Counted from the stretch's first letter, positions 45,892-55,950 are shown. The stretch: DNA of 64,000 nt from a virus (IMGVR_UViG_3300032308_002578:23751-87750); one strand, 5' to 3'. Notes: generated by a model from the letters alone, not told the origin. Program-made: numbers and translations.

Positions 45892-48800
45892 ATGGCAAAG
45901 CAGTGGAAGTCCTTGTGGCATGATTACGACGATGAGGGCAACGGCCCGGAAGAGACTAAGAAGTCCTCCGGTCCCCGCCCAAATCCGAACTATCGCGGTA
46001 ATAACGACGACGCTGTTGAAGACGAATTTGCCAGCGACGAGTATGGCGGTTTTGGTTGGAACGGCAAGTTCAGCGGCGGTGGCGGCGGCAGTTACCGGTA
46101 TGACGACGCGTTCGACGACTCAGAAGATCACTGGTATCGCAAGAACAGTTTCCGTTACGGCAAGCACGCCGACTATTCGCCGTCCAGCCTGTTCCGGTCT
46201 GCGTTCAGCCGGAGTTATTCTTCCAGTAGTGGCGACAACGAGGCCACGAACCGAGCAATTCGCGCCCTGCGTAATTTAACGCGCAGTGCAAATACGATCG
46301 TGGATAAGTCAACCGGAATTAAGAACGAATTCGCCGTGCAGTTTAGCTCGGGTGCCGACAACAACGGCACTGTCGCCAAACTGAACGACGAAAAGCAGCG
46401 GGTCGTGTTCGTGTCTCCGGACTCGTTGCTGGCTGCAGCGACAACGGAAGACGAGGACGCTGTTGTTGACGCCCTGACTGGTTTTGTGCTGCTGCGTGTG
46501 CAGATGGCGCAGGACATTGCGACGGACGTCATCGACAAGATTAACAGTACTGGCGCGCATCTAGCCGGCGTAAAAATCGCGGCGCAATTCGTTCGCCCGG
46601 GTGCCCGCGACATGGCGAAAATGACTACGGAAGAACTTCACGGAATGTCGGAGACCGCGGTTGACGAGTATCTGGCCGGCATGCTGGCTAAGAGCGTGTT
46701 AATGCGGCTGGCGCGGCGAAAGGTCGTGTTGAATTGGGGCGGTTTTGCGCCGTACTTTATTCGACACGCCAAGAAGTTTGCGGCGGTCAAGGCTAATCTT
46801 GAGGCAGCGGCGCTTTCGGCCGAGTCGGTTGTCAGCAAGTTGGGATACAACATGTTGGCGGACGAGGAGCCGATTGCAATCGACAAGGTGTTCGAGGATC
46901 TGGCCGCCAAGCATCTTGGCGACGAGGTTTCAATGGATAACCTGCTGTCGACGTGCCGGGCGCTGGTCAACGACATCCGCGGCGCGCTGGCCGCAGACAG
47001 CGCGGCTGTACCGGGCGAAATGGAAGCTGCGTTGAACGAGATGCTGGATAAGGCGCAGGCAGCGCAAAAAGCAGCCGGCAGCGGCGACTCGGATCTCAAG
47101 GATTTTCTTGAGAAGTTTGCGGCGTCGCTTATGACGTCAAACGAGGCGTCTGAGAAGTCTCGGCAGGAGCAGACCGCGGCCGACCTGAAGACGGATGAAT
47201 TAAGCGATAAGTTGCGTGGGACTAGTTCGCTGGAGCAGTTATTAAAGAAACTGTCCGCCGAAATTGAGCGTATGTCGGAAATGCTGGAAGCCGCAAAAAG
47301 CGAAAACCCAGCAGTGGCCGAAAACGCCCGGCGGCAGATGACTGCGATTCGCGCCAATATGAGTTATCTCGCCCAGTCCCGGCCGCAAGCCGTGGGTGCG
47401 ATGCAGAGCGCGGGCATGAAGCCCGATCTCGATGCCATGCTGGCTGAGTGCGGCAAAAAGCATGAGATGTCGCTGGCGGAAGCGCAGGCGTTAAAAGAAC
47501 GGGTCGAGGCGTTGGCTGAAAAAGCCGCGAAGGTTGCCAAGGCCCAGCGTGACGCGCTCAAGAAAGCAGTTGCGGACTCGCTGGCCGATATGAGTAAGCG
47601 ATTGGCAGAGGCACGCGCCCGAGCCGAATCGGAGCAAGAACGGGTGAACAAGGTCAAGGCCGATCTCGCGCCAGCAAATGTTGCCGGCGCTATTAAATCT
47701 TCGGCCGACGGCATTATGGCAAACATTCTGGCTACGCTGGAGCAGGCCATAGTGCGGCTGAAACACGCCGAAACGGAAGTTGCAAAGCACGCGGCCGCTG
47801 CGGCGGGAGCGCGCTCAACGGCAACACTCGATAAGGCGCACAAGACCGCACGGGCAGGTACAGCGCACGCTGCAAATAATTGCGGACGGTTCGACCCGGC
47901 TAATTATGGCTGGTACCATTACGATGACACTATTAATCAGTTGCTCCGCGCGCTGGCGTCACTAACGTCAGTAGGTGCCAAAAAAGCCGCTGAAAAAGCT
48001 GTCAGTGATGTGCTTAATCGCCGCAGCGTCAGTCCGGCCGGTTTCGCGGCAGCCATGGCCCGCTCGGCTGCCGGCAAAGCGTTCGACAAATTGCGCGCCG
48101 ATGAAGATCACGCGCGTGACGAATATGACGAAGACGATGCGGCCGAGTTTGATACCGAGAAAGCCGACAAAGAAGAAATCGACACCGGGCTCGATAAGGA
48201 TGTGCTGGCGCAGATAAACAAACTGCTTGAAGCTATGCGATCGGCCGGGCTGGATACCAGCGCGGCCACAAACCTCGGCACCGACGCCGCGGCGAAATTG
48301 CAGAAAATTCAAGAAGAGTCCAGCCCAGTCGACGGCGAACTGTTCGGAGAAACCATCGCTATTAATAGTAAGGTTCTCGACAGCGAGGCTATTGGTCGTG
48401 TTAACGACGAGGCGCGAAATGACCCAGAGGAGGAGTACATCGCCTACCTGAGTCACAATTCCGCCAAGCCCAAGATCGGTACGGCCAAGGAAAGCCACGT
48501 AACCGCCACCCGTAGCGTGCGTAGCGTGGTCGTCGGCGAGGTGCGAAAGCAGCACCGCGGGTCGATCGAGCGGGTGCGGAGTGCCCTGCAGTTCCAGAGC
48601 GGCAAGCGAACAGCCGAGAACTTCGGCTTGCGCTCTGGCGATCTGGACGAGGGCAGCCTGCACAAGTTAGGGTACGACTGCGATCATATTTGGTCGCAAA
48701 AGACGATCTCCAAGTTGCCCGACGTTGCCGTGGGTATCTTGGTCGACCAGTCTGGCAGTATGTCCGGTAAGAAGATCGCAAACGCGCGTACGATGTGCAT

Positions 48801-49311
48801 TATTCTGGCAGAGGCGCTCAAAAAGATTGCCGGCGTGCGGCTGTATGTGTACGGCCACACCGCTAACAACGGCGGGCACGACCTGACGATCTTCGAGCAC
48901 TACACGCCGACGAATACTGACATCACGGCGCTGGGCGGTATTCAGTCGCACTCCAACAATTACGACGGATACGCGATCAAGGACGTGGCCAAGCGTTTAT
49001 CGCTCGACACGGCCAAGAAAAAGTATTTGTTCGTAATTGCTGACGGCTTGCCTAGTGGCCACGGCTACGGCGGTCATGAAGCCGAGAAGCACGTGACAAG
49101 CGTGTGCAAGTTTATTCGGGATCGGTTGAAGATTGGCTTGAACGCATTTGCGGTTGGTGTCCCTACTCACCAGCAAAACGCGTTCAAGAAACAGTACGGC
49201 GACGACCACGTGGTGTTTATTAATGACATCATGAAGTGCCTGCCGCAGATTGTTCGCTTCTTGCGAAACACGCTGCAAAAGGAGCGGAAACTGGTCGGCA
49301 TCGAAGATTGA
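45892..49311 (+). CDS. CobT/NorD-like vWA-domain protein with long coiled coil
   Basis: RSGDLD, MIDAS LVDQSGSM, NYDGYAI, FVIADGLP. Confidence 0.88.
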   Translation: MAKQWKSLWHDYDDEGNGPEETKKSSGPRPNPNYRGNNDDAVEDEFASDEYGGFGWNGKFSGGGGGSYRYDDAFDDSEDHWYRKNSFRYGKHADYSPSSLFRSAFSRSYSSSSGDNEATNRAIRALRNLTRSANTIVDKSTGIKNEFAVQFSSGADNNGTVAKLNDEKQRVVFVSPDSLLAAATTEDEDAVVDALTGFVLLRVQMAQDIATDVIDKINSTGAHLAGVKIAAQFVRPGARDMAKMTTEELHGMSETAVDEYLAGMLAKSVLMRLARRKVVLNWGGFAPYFIRHAKKFAAVKANLEAAALSAESVVSKLGYNMLADEEPIAIDKVFEDLAAKHLGDEVSMDNLLSTCRALVNDIRGALAADSAAVPGEMEAALNEMLDKAQAAQKAAGSGDSDLKDFLEKFAASLMTSNEASEKSRQEQTAADLKTDELSDKLRGTSSLEQLLKKLSAEIERMSEMLEAAKSENPAVAENARRQMTAIRANMSYLAQSRPQAVGAMQSAGMKPDLDAMLAECGKKHEMSLAEAQALKERVEALAEKAAKVAKAQRDALKKAVADSLADMSKRLAEARARAESEQERVNKVKADLAPANVAGAIKSSADGIMANILATLEQAIVRLKHAETEVAKHAAAAAGARSTATLDKAHKTARAGTAHAANNCGRFDPANYGWYHYDDTINQLLRALASLTSVGAKKAAEKAVSDVLNRRSVSPAGFAAAMARSAAGKAFDKLRADEDHARDEYDEDDAAEFDTEKADKEEIDTGLDKDVLAQINKLLEAMRSAGLDTSAATNLGTDAAAKLQKIQEESSPVDGELFGETIAINSKVLDSEAIGRVNDEARNDPEEEYIAYLSHNSAKPKIGTAKESHVTATRSVRSVVVGEVRKQHRGSIERVRSALQFQSGKRTAENFGLRSGDLDEGSLHKLGYDCDHIWSQKTISKLPDVAVGILVDQSGSMSGKKIANARTMCIILAEALKKIAGVRLYVYGHTANNGGHDLTIFEHYTPTNTDITALGGIQSHSNNYDGYAIKDVAKRLSLDTAKKKYLFVIADGLPSGHGYGGHEAEKHVTSVCKFIRDRLKIGLNAFAVGVPTHQQNAFKKQYGDDHVVFINDIMKCLPQIVRFLRNTLQKERKLVGIED

Positions 49312-49430
49312 GTCAGTAAACGGGGAAAACTGCGCAGTTCACCTGTAACTGGTCTGGTATTTTGAAACACCGGCTGCTAAAAAGTTGCCGGTTGGTTTGT
49401 GTTTTGTTTGACAATCTCAAGGAGTGAGTA

Positions 49431-49742
49431 ATGAAGTTTTTCGTTTGTCTGCTGGCGTCTTTTTGTGCTTGTGCGGCCTTCGGCGGCGAGTTCTCCGCGC
49501 CGGCACCGCAAAGCGTCCTCAAGGTCGAGGCCCCGGCCACGGTCGTCGTTGAGGCTGCCCCGGCTCCGTGCGCCGCTTGCGCTCAGTCCGCTCCGGCGCT
49601 GATCTGCGTCAGCGGTCAGTGCGGCTCGTCGCGCCTGTACAGTGTGCAGGCTGAGGAGAAGGAGCACTGCCGTAACCGCCTCTTCGGCGGGCACGTGGTG
49701 CGCAAGACCCAGCGGACGGTAGTCAAGCCAGTTCGTCGGTAG
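49431..49742 (+). CDS. small exported protein
   Basis: Signal-peptide-like MKFFVCLLASFCACAAFG; AAGGAG RBS; own terminator. Confidence 0.7.
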   Translation: MKFFVCLLASFCACAAFGGEFSAPAPQSVLKVEAPATVVVEAAPAPCAACAQSAPALICVSGQCGSSRLYSVQAEEKEHCRNRLFGGHVVRKTQRTVVKPVRR

Positions 49743-49770
49743 TATTTGCTACTAATTCGTAGTCGCCATG

Positions 49771-49807
49771 GAGGGCGTCGAGTGTGTACTCGGCGCCCTC
49801 TTTCTTT
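49771..49807 (+). terminator. Rho-independent terminator
   Basis: GAGGGCGTCGAGT/ACTCGGCGCCCTC followed by TTTCTTT. Confidence 0.8.
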
Positions 49808-49824
49808 AACCCAAGGACGTTCTA

Positions 49825-50055
49825 ATGCCGTTTTATTTGGTGCGCACGTCGCACACGACTGTGCGCGAATTTGTTATCGAGGCCGCCGACCGCGGTAACG
49901 CGACAACGCTGGCCCTAGCGTACCCCGACCACGAGCCGACGGTTGAAGGCGGAAAAGCGCTTCAAACCCATATGACAACCGACACCGAAGTAAACACTAC
50001 TGACGCTACTAAGCAAGATTGGCTCAACGCAACCCGTAAGAAAAAGGGCGAGTAA
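49825..50055 (+). CDS. hypothetical protein
   Basis: AAGGA RBS; 76 aa. Confidence 0.65.
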   Translation: MPFYLVRTSHTTVREFVIEAADRGNATTLALAYPDHEPTVEGGKALQTHMTTDTEVNTTDATKQDWLNATRKKKGE

Positions 50056-50057
50056 TC

Positions 50058-50564
50058 ATGGGAATTGACATTTATCTGGAATGGGACGGCCAGACCGAAG
50101 AAGACCGCAAGAAGATGTGCACTGGGTTTTCCACTACCTCGGGTGCGGTTGGCTATCTCCGCGAGGCATATCACGGTGGACCATACGCCACCCAGATCCT
50201 GCTGCGCGAGGCGTTCGAGTCCGATGACTGCAGGGCGCAGATCCCGGCGGTTGTTCTTCGGGAACGCCTGACGAGTGTAACAGAGCCGGCGCGCAACTGC
50301 CACATTGGTCACGACGTGGCCGAGATGATCTTTAAAACGTTTGCCGATATGGGCATGACTCAAATTGGCGAAGGTATCAAATCAAGTTTGACGCAGTCGC
50401 AGACCGTCGAAGAGGCAATTCGTGCGCGGTGTCAAAACTTGTACCCGGACGACGGCCCCGAGTACGCCGAGCAGGTTGTTCAGTCGTTTCGTGATTTTGT
50501 CGCGCTGGCGGAGCGCAAAGAACGTGAAACCGGCAAACTCTGTACCGTCTACGCGTCACACTAA
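50058..50564 (+). CDS. hypothetical protein
   Basis: MGIDIYL...GYLREAYHG. Confidence 0.75.
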   Translation: MGIDIYLEWDGQTEEDRKKMCTGFSTTSGAVGYLREAYHGGPYATQILLREAFESDDCRAQIPAVVLRERLTSVTEPARNCHIGHDVAEMIFKTFADMGMTQIGEGIKSSLTQSQTVEEAIRARCQNLYPDDGPEYAEQVVQSFRDFVALAERKERETGKLCTVYASH

Positions 50565-50574
50565 GGCCACTACT

Positions 50575-50955
50575 ATGTCAAACGCAAAAAAGGCTCCAAA
50601 ACTTAAAGAAACAAAAACGGTCAAAGACATCCGCAAAGCCTGCAAAAAATTACACGCGGCGGGTTGGAAGACCGTGCATTTTGAGTATTGCGGTTCTGGC
50701 GACAGTTGCGACAGCTTTGCCGTATCGCTAGAGAACGAAGAAAACGCCGTGTTCGCGTGCGACGCCGTGAAAACGTTGCCGGCAGATTTCGAGGAAGACA
50801 AGTTCAGAGAGTTGCTGCTTGATTTACTGCCGGTCGGATTTGAAAACAACGAAGGCGGCGACGGCAACATCAAGATTGACACAGATAGCGGACAGATTCT
50901 TGTAAAGCACAACACGTATTACACAGAGTCGCATCACGAAGAGTGGAGTTACTAA
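50575..50955 (+). CDS. DUF6878-like protein
   Basis: YCGSGDS...GFENNEGGDG.I.ID. Confidence 0.7.
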   Translation: MSNAKKAPKLKETKTVKDIRKACKKLHAAGWKTVHFEYCGSGDSCDSFAVSLENEENAVFACDAVKTLPADFEEDKFRELLLDLLPVGFENNEGGDGNIKIDTDSGQILVKHNTYYTESHHEEWSY

Positions 50956-50958
50956 CAA

Positions 50959-51390
50959 ATGGGCGTATGTGTATTTAAAACCAAAGATGTTTTGCGGTGC
51001 GTCGAGCACGCGCTGGCAGCCCCGAAGTGGAGCATGGCCTACGAAGAGGGCATGCGCCCGCCGGCCCCGGGACTGCTATTTGTGCACGATCAGGGCGTGT
51101 ATTTGATGAGCAACGGGCTGCCGCGGGACCAGCGCGACCCGGCTGATCCCGAGAGCAACAGCTATGTCGCCTACGCCGAGGGCTGTAATCCCAATATTGG
51201 CGATTTTGATGATTGGTACGGCACGAGCAGAGCCCTTGTCGGCGGGGACGACTTTGCTGAGGTGCTTACCGTTGCCGATGACTGGCCGAGCCTGTGCGCT
51301 GAGTTTAACGAACTGCACGTCGAAGTGAGTGCCGCCTCGATCGCAACAGTGTTTACAAATCCCAAGACGCGTACAAAGGTCAAGGCGTAG
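50959..51390 (+). CDS. DUF3085-like protein
   Basis: L.FVHDQGVYLMSNG...VAYAEGCNP...GGDDFAE. Confidence 0.85.
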   Translation: MGVCVFKTKDVLRCVEHALAAPKWSMAYEEGMRPPAPGLLFVHDQGVYLMSNGLPRDQRDPADPESNSYVAYAEGCNPNIGDFDDWYGTSRALVGGDDFAEVLTVADDWPSLCAEFNELHVEVSAASIATVFTNPKTRTKVKA

Positions 51391-51391
51391 T

Positions 51392-51889
51392 ATGCGACCG
51401 TTCAAAAAAATTAACAACCGTGCGCTGCTGTTGCAGGCATTATTTCAAAACGAGATTAAAAAGATCAACGCGCACTTCGACGGCTCAGGAGACAGCGGCA
51501 GTATTGACGAAATCGTGGCCACTTCGATCGACGACGAAATTGATATCAATGATGCCGCGCTGCTCGGTATCCATTTGCGCGGCGTACATCCTGTTGGCGA
51601 AAGCATCACGCACACATGGGTGCACAGCACTTATACAGAACGCAATTTTGAGCAAAATCCTGTGTCGTTGTACGAACTGATTGAGCACGTCTGTTACGAG
51701 GAACTGGAAGCCGCACACGGCGGCTGGGAAATCAACGCCGGGTCGTTTGGAAATATCTACATCGACGTACCGCTGGGCGGCGTTGAGCGCGCGGGTGAAA
51801 GCGCTGTTTCGATTGATTACAACGAGTACGAAGAAGATTATTCCGACGACGACGCTGAAGCCGAGGACGAGGAATACAACGATGAGTGA
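51392..51889 (+). CDS. DUF6878-like protein
   Basis: FDGSGDSGSID...HGGWEINAGSFG. Confidence 0.75.
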   Translation: MRPFKKINNRALLLQALFQNEIKKINAHFDGSGDSGSIDEIVATSIDDEIDINDAALLGIHLRGVHPVGESITHTWVHSTYTERNFEQNPVSLYELIEHVCYEELEAAHGGWEINAGSFGNIYIDVPLGGVERAGESAVSIDYNEYEEDYSDDDAEAEDEEYNDE

Positions 51890-52187
51890 AGACACGAATC
51901 CCGCGGCCAGCCGGCCTGCCCGGATAGCCGCGACCAGAGTTCGAATTAACGCGCTCGACCTTGAGCAGATCCGCCCCGGCTCGCCGTTATATCTGCGCGC
52001 GGTTGCGGCGCTGGAAGACCGCCGCGCCTACGACAATTACGTGCAGCGGGCGAGCCGTATCCACGGTCGCGAGGGCGAAATCGAGGTCGACGACGATGCC
52101 GAGGTAAGCGCTGGCTGCGACAACGGTGTGTACGTGCAGGGTTGGCTATGGGTGCCCGACGAAGAAGAGAACGAGGACGATGCCTAA
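51882..52187 (+). CDS. hypothetical protein
   Basis: EGEIEVDDDAEVS...NGVYVQGWLWV, a recurrent phage motif. Confidence 0.7.
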   Translation: MSEDTNPAASRPARIAATRVRINALDLEQIRPGSPLYLRAVAALEDRRAYDNYVQRASRIHGREGEIEVDDDAEVSAGCDNGVYVQGWLWVPDEEENEDDA

Positions 52188-52788
52188 CTGGTGTTCAAAT
52201 ACCGCGACATTTTCCCACTCGTCGAAAAAGCAGATTCAACGGCTTGTGAAAGCCTTTCAAGGCGACGGGCTTATGCAGGAATTTTATCCGTGCCCAAAAG
52301 AACTGAAGGAAACCAGAGCCGGGTCGTATGCCAAAGATGACCCTGAATATGAACGCCATATCCGGCAGCAAGAGGACAACAAAGCCAAATACGGCCACAC
52401 GGACTGGTATGACTGGCAGGTCGCCAACTGGGGCACGAAATGGGACGTACGCGGGCAATACCCGACACAGACCGACCTGTCGCCGTGCGGGCAGACTGTG
52501 ACGCTGAGTTTTGAGTCCGCGTGGTCGCCGCCAATTGCGTTCTATAACCACATGCTGTCGTTGGGGTTCTCTGTCGCAGCCTATTACTACGAAAGCGGCG
52601 TAAGCTTTTGCGGTAAATGGGAAGACGGCAAAGAAGACTTTTATGACATCAGCGGTGACTCAGACTGGGTGTACAAACACATACCACACGACATTGACGA
52701 CGCTATGGCTATTTCTGAAAGCATGGCCACGTGGGAAGAAGAAGAAGAAGGAGAGGAAGACGAACATGACAAAGCCGCCGATTCTTGA
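52180..52788 (+). CDS. DUF1281/YubB ferredoxin-like domain protein
   Basis: MPNWC.N...WYDW...NWGTKWD...FESAWSPP...YYESG. Confidence 0.85.
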   Translation: MPNWCSNTATFSHSSKKQIQRLVKAFQGDGLMQEFYPCPKELKETRAGSYAKDDPEYERHIRQQEDNKAKYGHTDWYDWQVANWGTKWDVRGQYPTQTDLSPCGQTVTLSFESAWSPPIAFYNHMLSLGFSVAAYYYESGVSFCGKWEDGKEDFYDISGDSDWVYKHIPHDIDDAMAISESMATWEEEEEGEEDEHDKAADS

Positions 52789-53014
52789 TGAAGAAACAGA
52801 CGCAGAGGTCGCTGAAAAGGCTGACGGCACGTGGATTGGCGTAAAGAACTTTTCAGTCCATATCATCAAAACAGACGAAGGCGTTGTCGTCGATATTTAT
52901 GCCCGCGGCTATGAAGATTGCGACACGCTCGGCAGCACGTACGCCTTCGACACGGAAGCCGACGAAATGCGAGCAGCGGCAGAAGACGAAGAAGAGGTGT
53001 CTGATGACGCTTAA
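52766..53014 (+). CDS. hypothetical protein
   Basis: SV.I.KTDEGVVVDIY motif. Confidence 0.7.
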   Translation: MTKPPILDEETDAEVAEKADGTWIGVKNFSVHIIKTDEGVVVDIYARGYEDCDTLGSTYAFDTEADEMRAAAEDEEEVSDDA

Positions 53015-53234
53015 ACCGGGTGAGGTCGCGGCGTACACGTATTGCGATTTCGGGACGCCCCCGCGCAAGGACGCTATTCGGCAGCATGGATCTGTGGATA
53101 CAGCCAAACGGGCGTTCAGACGGGTAGCCAAGATTTACGCTGACCTGTGGGGTTGGCGGTGTTGGCAAGAAACTGCGGAAGGAGAAATCATCAATGAAGC
53201 GACCGGAAATCGGGGCGCAGTATCGGGTAGTTAA
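53004..53234 (+). CDS. hypothetical protein
   Basis: GAGG RBS, ATG at 53004. Confidence 0.5.
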   Translation: MTLKPGEVAAYTYCDFGTPPRKDAIRQHGSVDTAKRAFRRVAKIYADLWGWRCWQETAEGEIINEATGNRGAVSGS

Positions 53235-53466
53235 GCCCGGAGCCAAGTTGTTCTGGTGGGTACCAGCCGGCCCGAACTGCCAGCGGGGCGCCAGCCTGAC
53301 ACTGGAAGTTGGCGACGTTATTACGTACGAGCGGCACGCCTACGGCGGCATGAGCGACGACGTGTATTACGACTATTTCCGCAAGGCGGACAAGTGCGGA
53401 CAGTTCTGGCCCAACAACTGGGGCACGTGCGACGTGAGTTTTCTTGAACCAGTAGGCGCCACATGA
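53194..53466 (+). CDS. hypothetical protein
   Basis: AAGGAG RBS; 90 aa. Confidence 0.65.
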   Translation: MKRPEIGAQYRVVKPGAKLFWWVPAGPNCQRGASLTLEVGDVITYERHAYGGMSDDVYYDYFRKADKCGQFWPNNWGTCDVSFLEPVGAT

Positions 53467-53867
53467 CCACCACTAAAAAGCAAAAAAAGTCCGCTGTGCC
53501 GTACGCAGCGTTACCCGTATGGGACAAAGCCTGCGCGCTTGTGCTTACGCGCACGTCACCGTGCGGCCTATACAGCGGGAACCTTGAACCCGGCGTCAAT
53601 TATTTCGTGTTAATGCTAGAGCAACTGGGTGCCGTGACGCACTACAGTTGCGAAGGGCATCCGTCTAATTTCTATGTCTTGTTCGAGGCGCCGCTCAAAC
53701 TCGTCGAGCACATCAAGAATTGCGGGTATTTCACCGTGGAACTCGAAGGCGCCGGCCGCTGGAGCATCCGCATGAGAAAGATTAAAAGTGACAGGGAGCG
53801 CAAACAGGTTTTACGGTGGGCTGCTGCTGCGTGGGAAAAAAATCTCGGCCCGTGCACTGTGTTTTAG
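53463..53867 (+). CDS. hypothetical protein (T..SCEGH motif)
   Basis: LGAVTHYSCEGH; ATGA coupling. Confidence 0.7.
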   Translation: MTTTKKQKKSAVPYAALPVWDKACALVLTRTSPCGLYSGNLEPGVNYFVLMLEQLGAVTHYSCEGHPSNFYVLFEAPLKLVEHIKNCGYFTVELEGAGRWSIRMRKIKSDRERKQVLRWAAAAWEKNLGPCTVF

Positions 53868-53875
53868 AGGCAAAC

Positions 53876-54085
53876 GTGACTATCGACGACGCAATTAGAA
53901 ATTTAGAGTCCGCCAAACGGGGCGGCACCAAAAGCATCATTATGGCGTGGTGGTCCGCCGATATGTTTGACCGGGAAGACAACGCAGACTGGGAACATGC
54001 CGCTGAAGTAGTCGAAGACAAAATGGATTGGTCGGCCACGCACAGTGATCTACATAACGTCCTTGACCTTTACACCGGAGACTAA
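53876..54085 (+). CDS. hypothetical protein
   Basis: GAGG before the GTG at 53876. Confidence 0.65.
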   Translation: MTIDDAIRNLESAKRGGTKSIIMAWWSADMFDREDNADWEHAAEVVEDKMDWSATHSDLHNVLDLYTGD

Positions 54086-54091
54086 GGAACA

Positions 54092-54418
54092 GTGGAACAC
54101 GAAACAGGAACACACACTGCCGGCCCGTGGACAGTAGACGCGTGGGGTGACGACGAGTGCGACGTCTACGGCCCTGTCGACCAGCTTATCTGCTCGTTGA
54201 GCCAAAAGTACTGCGAAGACACGGGACAAGGACTAAATCAGAATATTGAGCATGACGCGGCGTTAATTGCTGCAGCCCCAGACATGCTAGCGGCGTTGAA
54301 GGGTGTGGCTGCGGCTCATGCCGGCATTGAGTCTTGCGATATGCCTGAGTGGCTGGATGCAGTTGAGTCCGCAATCGCCAAAGCGGAGCGCAGCCAAGGA
54401 GCAGAACATGAAGATTGA
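54092..54418 (+). CDS. HTxGPW...LIAAAP-type phage protein
   Basis: HTAGPW ... AALIAAAPDMLAALK. Confidence 0.75.
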   Translation: MEHETGTHTAGPWTVDAWGDDECDVYGPVDQLICSLSQKYCEDTGQGLNQNIEHDAALIAAAPDMLAALKGVAAAHAGIESCDMPEWLDAVESAIAKAERSQGAEHED

Positions 54419-54494
54419 CGACGCTATTCAGCAGTTACAGGCAGCGAAAGCCGCTGGCGTAACAGACGTCCTTGACCTTTACACAAACGAATGA
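54408..54494 (+). pseudogene. internally deleted paralog of 53876-54085 (28 aa)
   Basis: IDDAI..L..AK..G start joined directly to a VLDLYT end; shares 19 identical bp with the paralog. Confidence 0.55.
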
Positions 54495-54997
54495 CAATGC
54501 ACACACCAATCCCTGACCTGTATCAAGTGAAATGGATGCAGGGTGGTTGCCTGCAGTACGGCATCGTATGTCGCTGGGACCCGGAATCAATCACGCACTA
54601 CAACGACAGCCGGCAGGTAATCATTGACGACGCGATAACGCCAGCCCGGTATATCGCTAGTGTCGATGTTTTAACGCCGATTCCTATGTCGTACAGCCCA
54701 CCAGACGAATACACGCAGTACGTCGAAGAGCAGTATCGTATTGCAAAAGCACACGCAGACAGCCTGCCCGACGGCCTGCTCGCCGGCAAACTGTTCGTGG
54801 TGCCACGCGGCGACGGATACGCGCATTACATTGTCACCAAGGTCAACAAAAAGACTGTTGACATCGAATGGCGTAGTTACAGCCTAGACCGCTGGATTGA
54901 CGACCGGTTTGGCTACGGCGGCCGAGAAAAGCGAGAAACAATTGAAATGTTTGTCAACAGAGAAGACGCCCGCCGCCGGATATTTTCAACCTGTTAA
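54491..54997 (+). CDS. hypothetical protein
   Basis: 168 aa; P.GDGYAHYIVTK. Confidence 0.75.
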   Translation: MTMHTPIPDLYQVKWMQGGCLQYGIVCRWDPESITHYNDSRQVIIDDAITPARYIASVDVLTPIPMSYSPPDEYTQYVEEQYRIAKAHADSLPDGLLAGKLFVVPRGDGYAHYIVTKVNKKTVDIEWRSYSLDRWIDDRFGYGGREKRETIEMFVNREDARRRIFSTC

Positions 54998-55011
54998 ACG
55001 AAAGATTGAAA

Positions 55012-55407
55012 ATGGCACACCCATATCACCATGCCCTGTCTTCTGTGAAGAAGTGGGGCGGAAGTCCCGAAGATTACCAGCCGATCCACGACTGGTTCGA
55101 CGACAGCAAACAACATATGGCTGACTTCCGGCACCGGGCCCTGCGCCACCACAGCGAGGGCATCTTCATGGCCGAGAAGATATTTGGCGCCACGATCGTG
55201 AATTCAGATGGGCGTGTAGTGCCAGTGCGATACATCGGCGAGCAGCACGTCCAAGAAGATCTGGGTCGCATTCCATCTGTCAATGATTGGTTCCGCCAGA
55301 TCAAGGTTCAGAGTTGGATGTACGGCAATCGCAAAAGTCTGGAAAAAGAACTGGCTGCCATCGAAAAAGAAGAGGAAGAAAATGCCGAAAGTAACGTTGG
55401 CGCTTGA
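55012..55407 (+). CDS. DUF6915-like protein
   Basis: MAHPYHHALSSVKKWGG.PEDY..IHDWFD.SK...ADFRHRALRHH.EGIF. Confidence 0.88.
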   Translation: MAHPYHHALSSVKKWGGSPEDYQPIHDWFDDSKQHMADFRHRALRHHSEGIFMAEKIFGATIVNSDGRVVPVRYIGEQHVQEDLGRIPSVNDWFRQIKVQSWMYGNRKSLEKELAAIEKEEEENAESNVGA

Positions 55408-55651
55408 TATTGATGCGACAGCGCTGTATGTACAGCGGCTGTTTCTCGCCTATCTGGAACGCTTTGATGTCGATCCATATCCCATCGGCGGGCTGCTCGC
55501 GCTCACCGACGCCATTGCCGATGAATTAGCAGCAAATGAAGATGACAGCGCGCTGCTGAATGGCTCGTCTGGCGAAGACGAACTCGGTAGGCAGTTGATC
55601 GCTGATTTGCAGCGCGCCGTACTCACCGCTACAGCAGGAGTCAAACAATGA
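55382..55651 (+). CDS. hypothetical protein
   Basis: GAGG RBS, ATG at 55382. Confidence 0.65.
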   Translation: MPKVTLALDIDATALYVQRLFLAYLERFDVDPYPIGGLLALTDAIADELAANEDDSALLNGSSGEDELGRQLIADLQRAVLTATAGVKQ

Positions 55652-55950
55652 AACACGCACCCGGGCCGTGGCATGTAGGCGACCCGCACATATCAACCGG
55701 CGCGTTTCGAGGAGAGTCGCTCAAAAGCACGGTTAACGGGCAAACGCTTGCAATCGTGCTGTGCGGCCCCAACGCTGACGACAACGGCCGACTCATGGCC
55801 GCAGCCCCTGAACTTGCCGGGGCGCTGCAAAACCTGCTCTGGCAATGCCAGCAAATGGCCGGTATGTTCCCGGACGAGGACGGGACAATCGCCGGGGCTA
55901 TGGAGGACGCCGAAAACGTATTGTCAAAAATCTACAAGAGGTCGACATGA
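55648..55950 (+). CDS. HxPGPW...LMAAAP-type phage protein
   Basis: KHAPGPW ... NGRLMAAAPEL. Confidence 0.75.
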   Translation: MKHAPGPWHVGDPHISTGAFRGESLKSTVNGQTLAIVLCGPNADDNGRLMAAAPELAGALQNLLWQCQQMAGMFPDEDGTIAGAMEDAENVLSKIYKRST

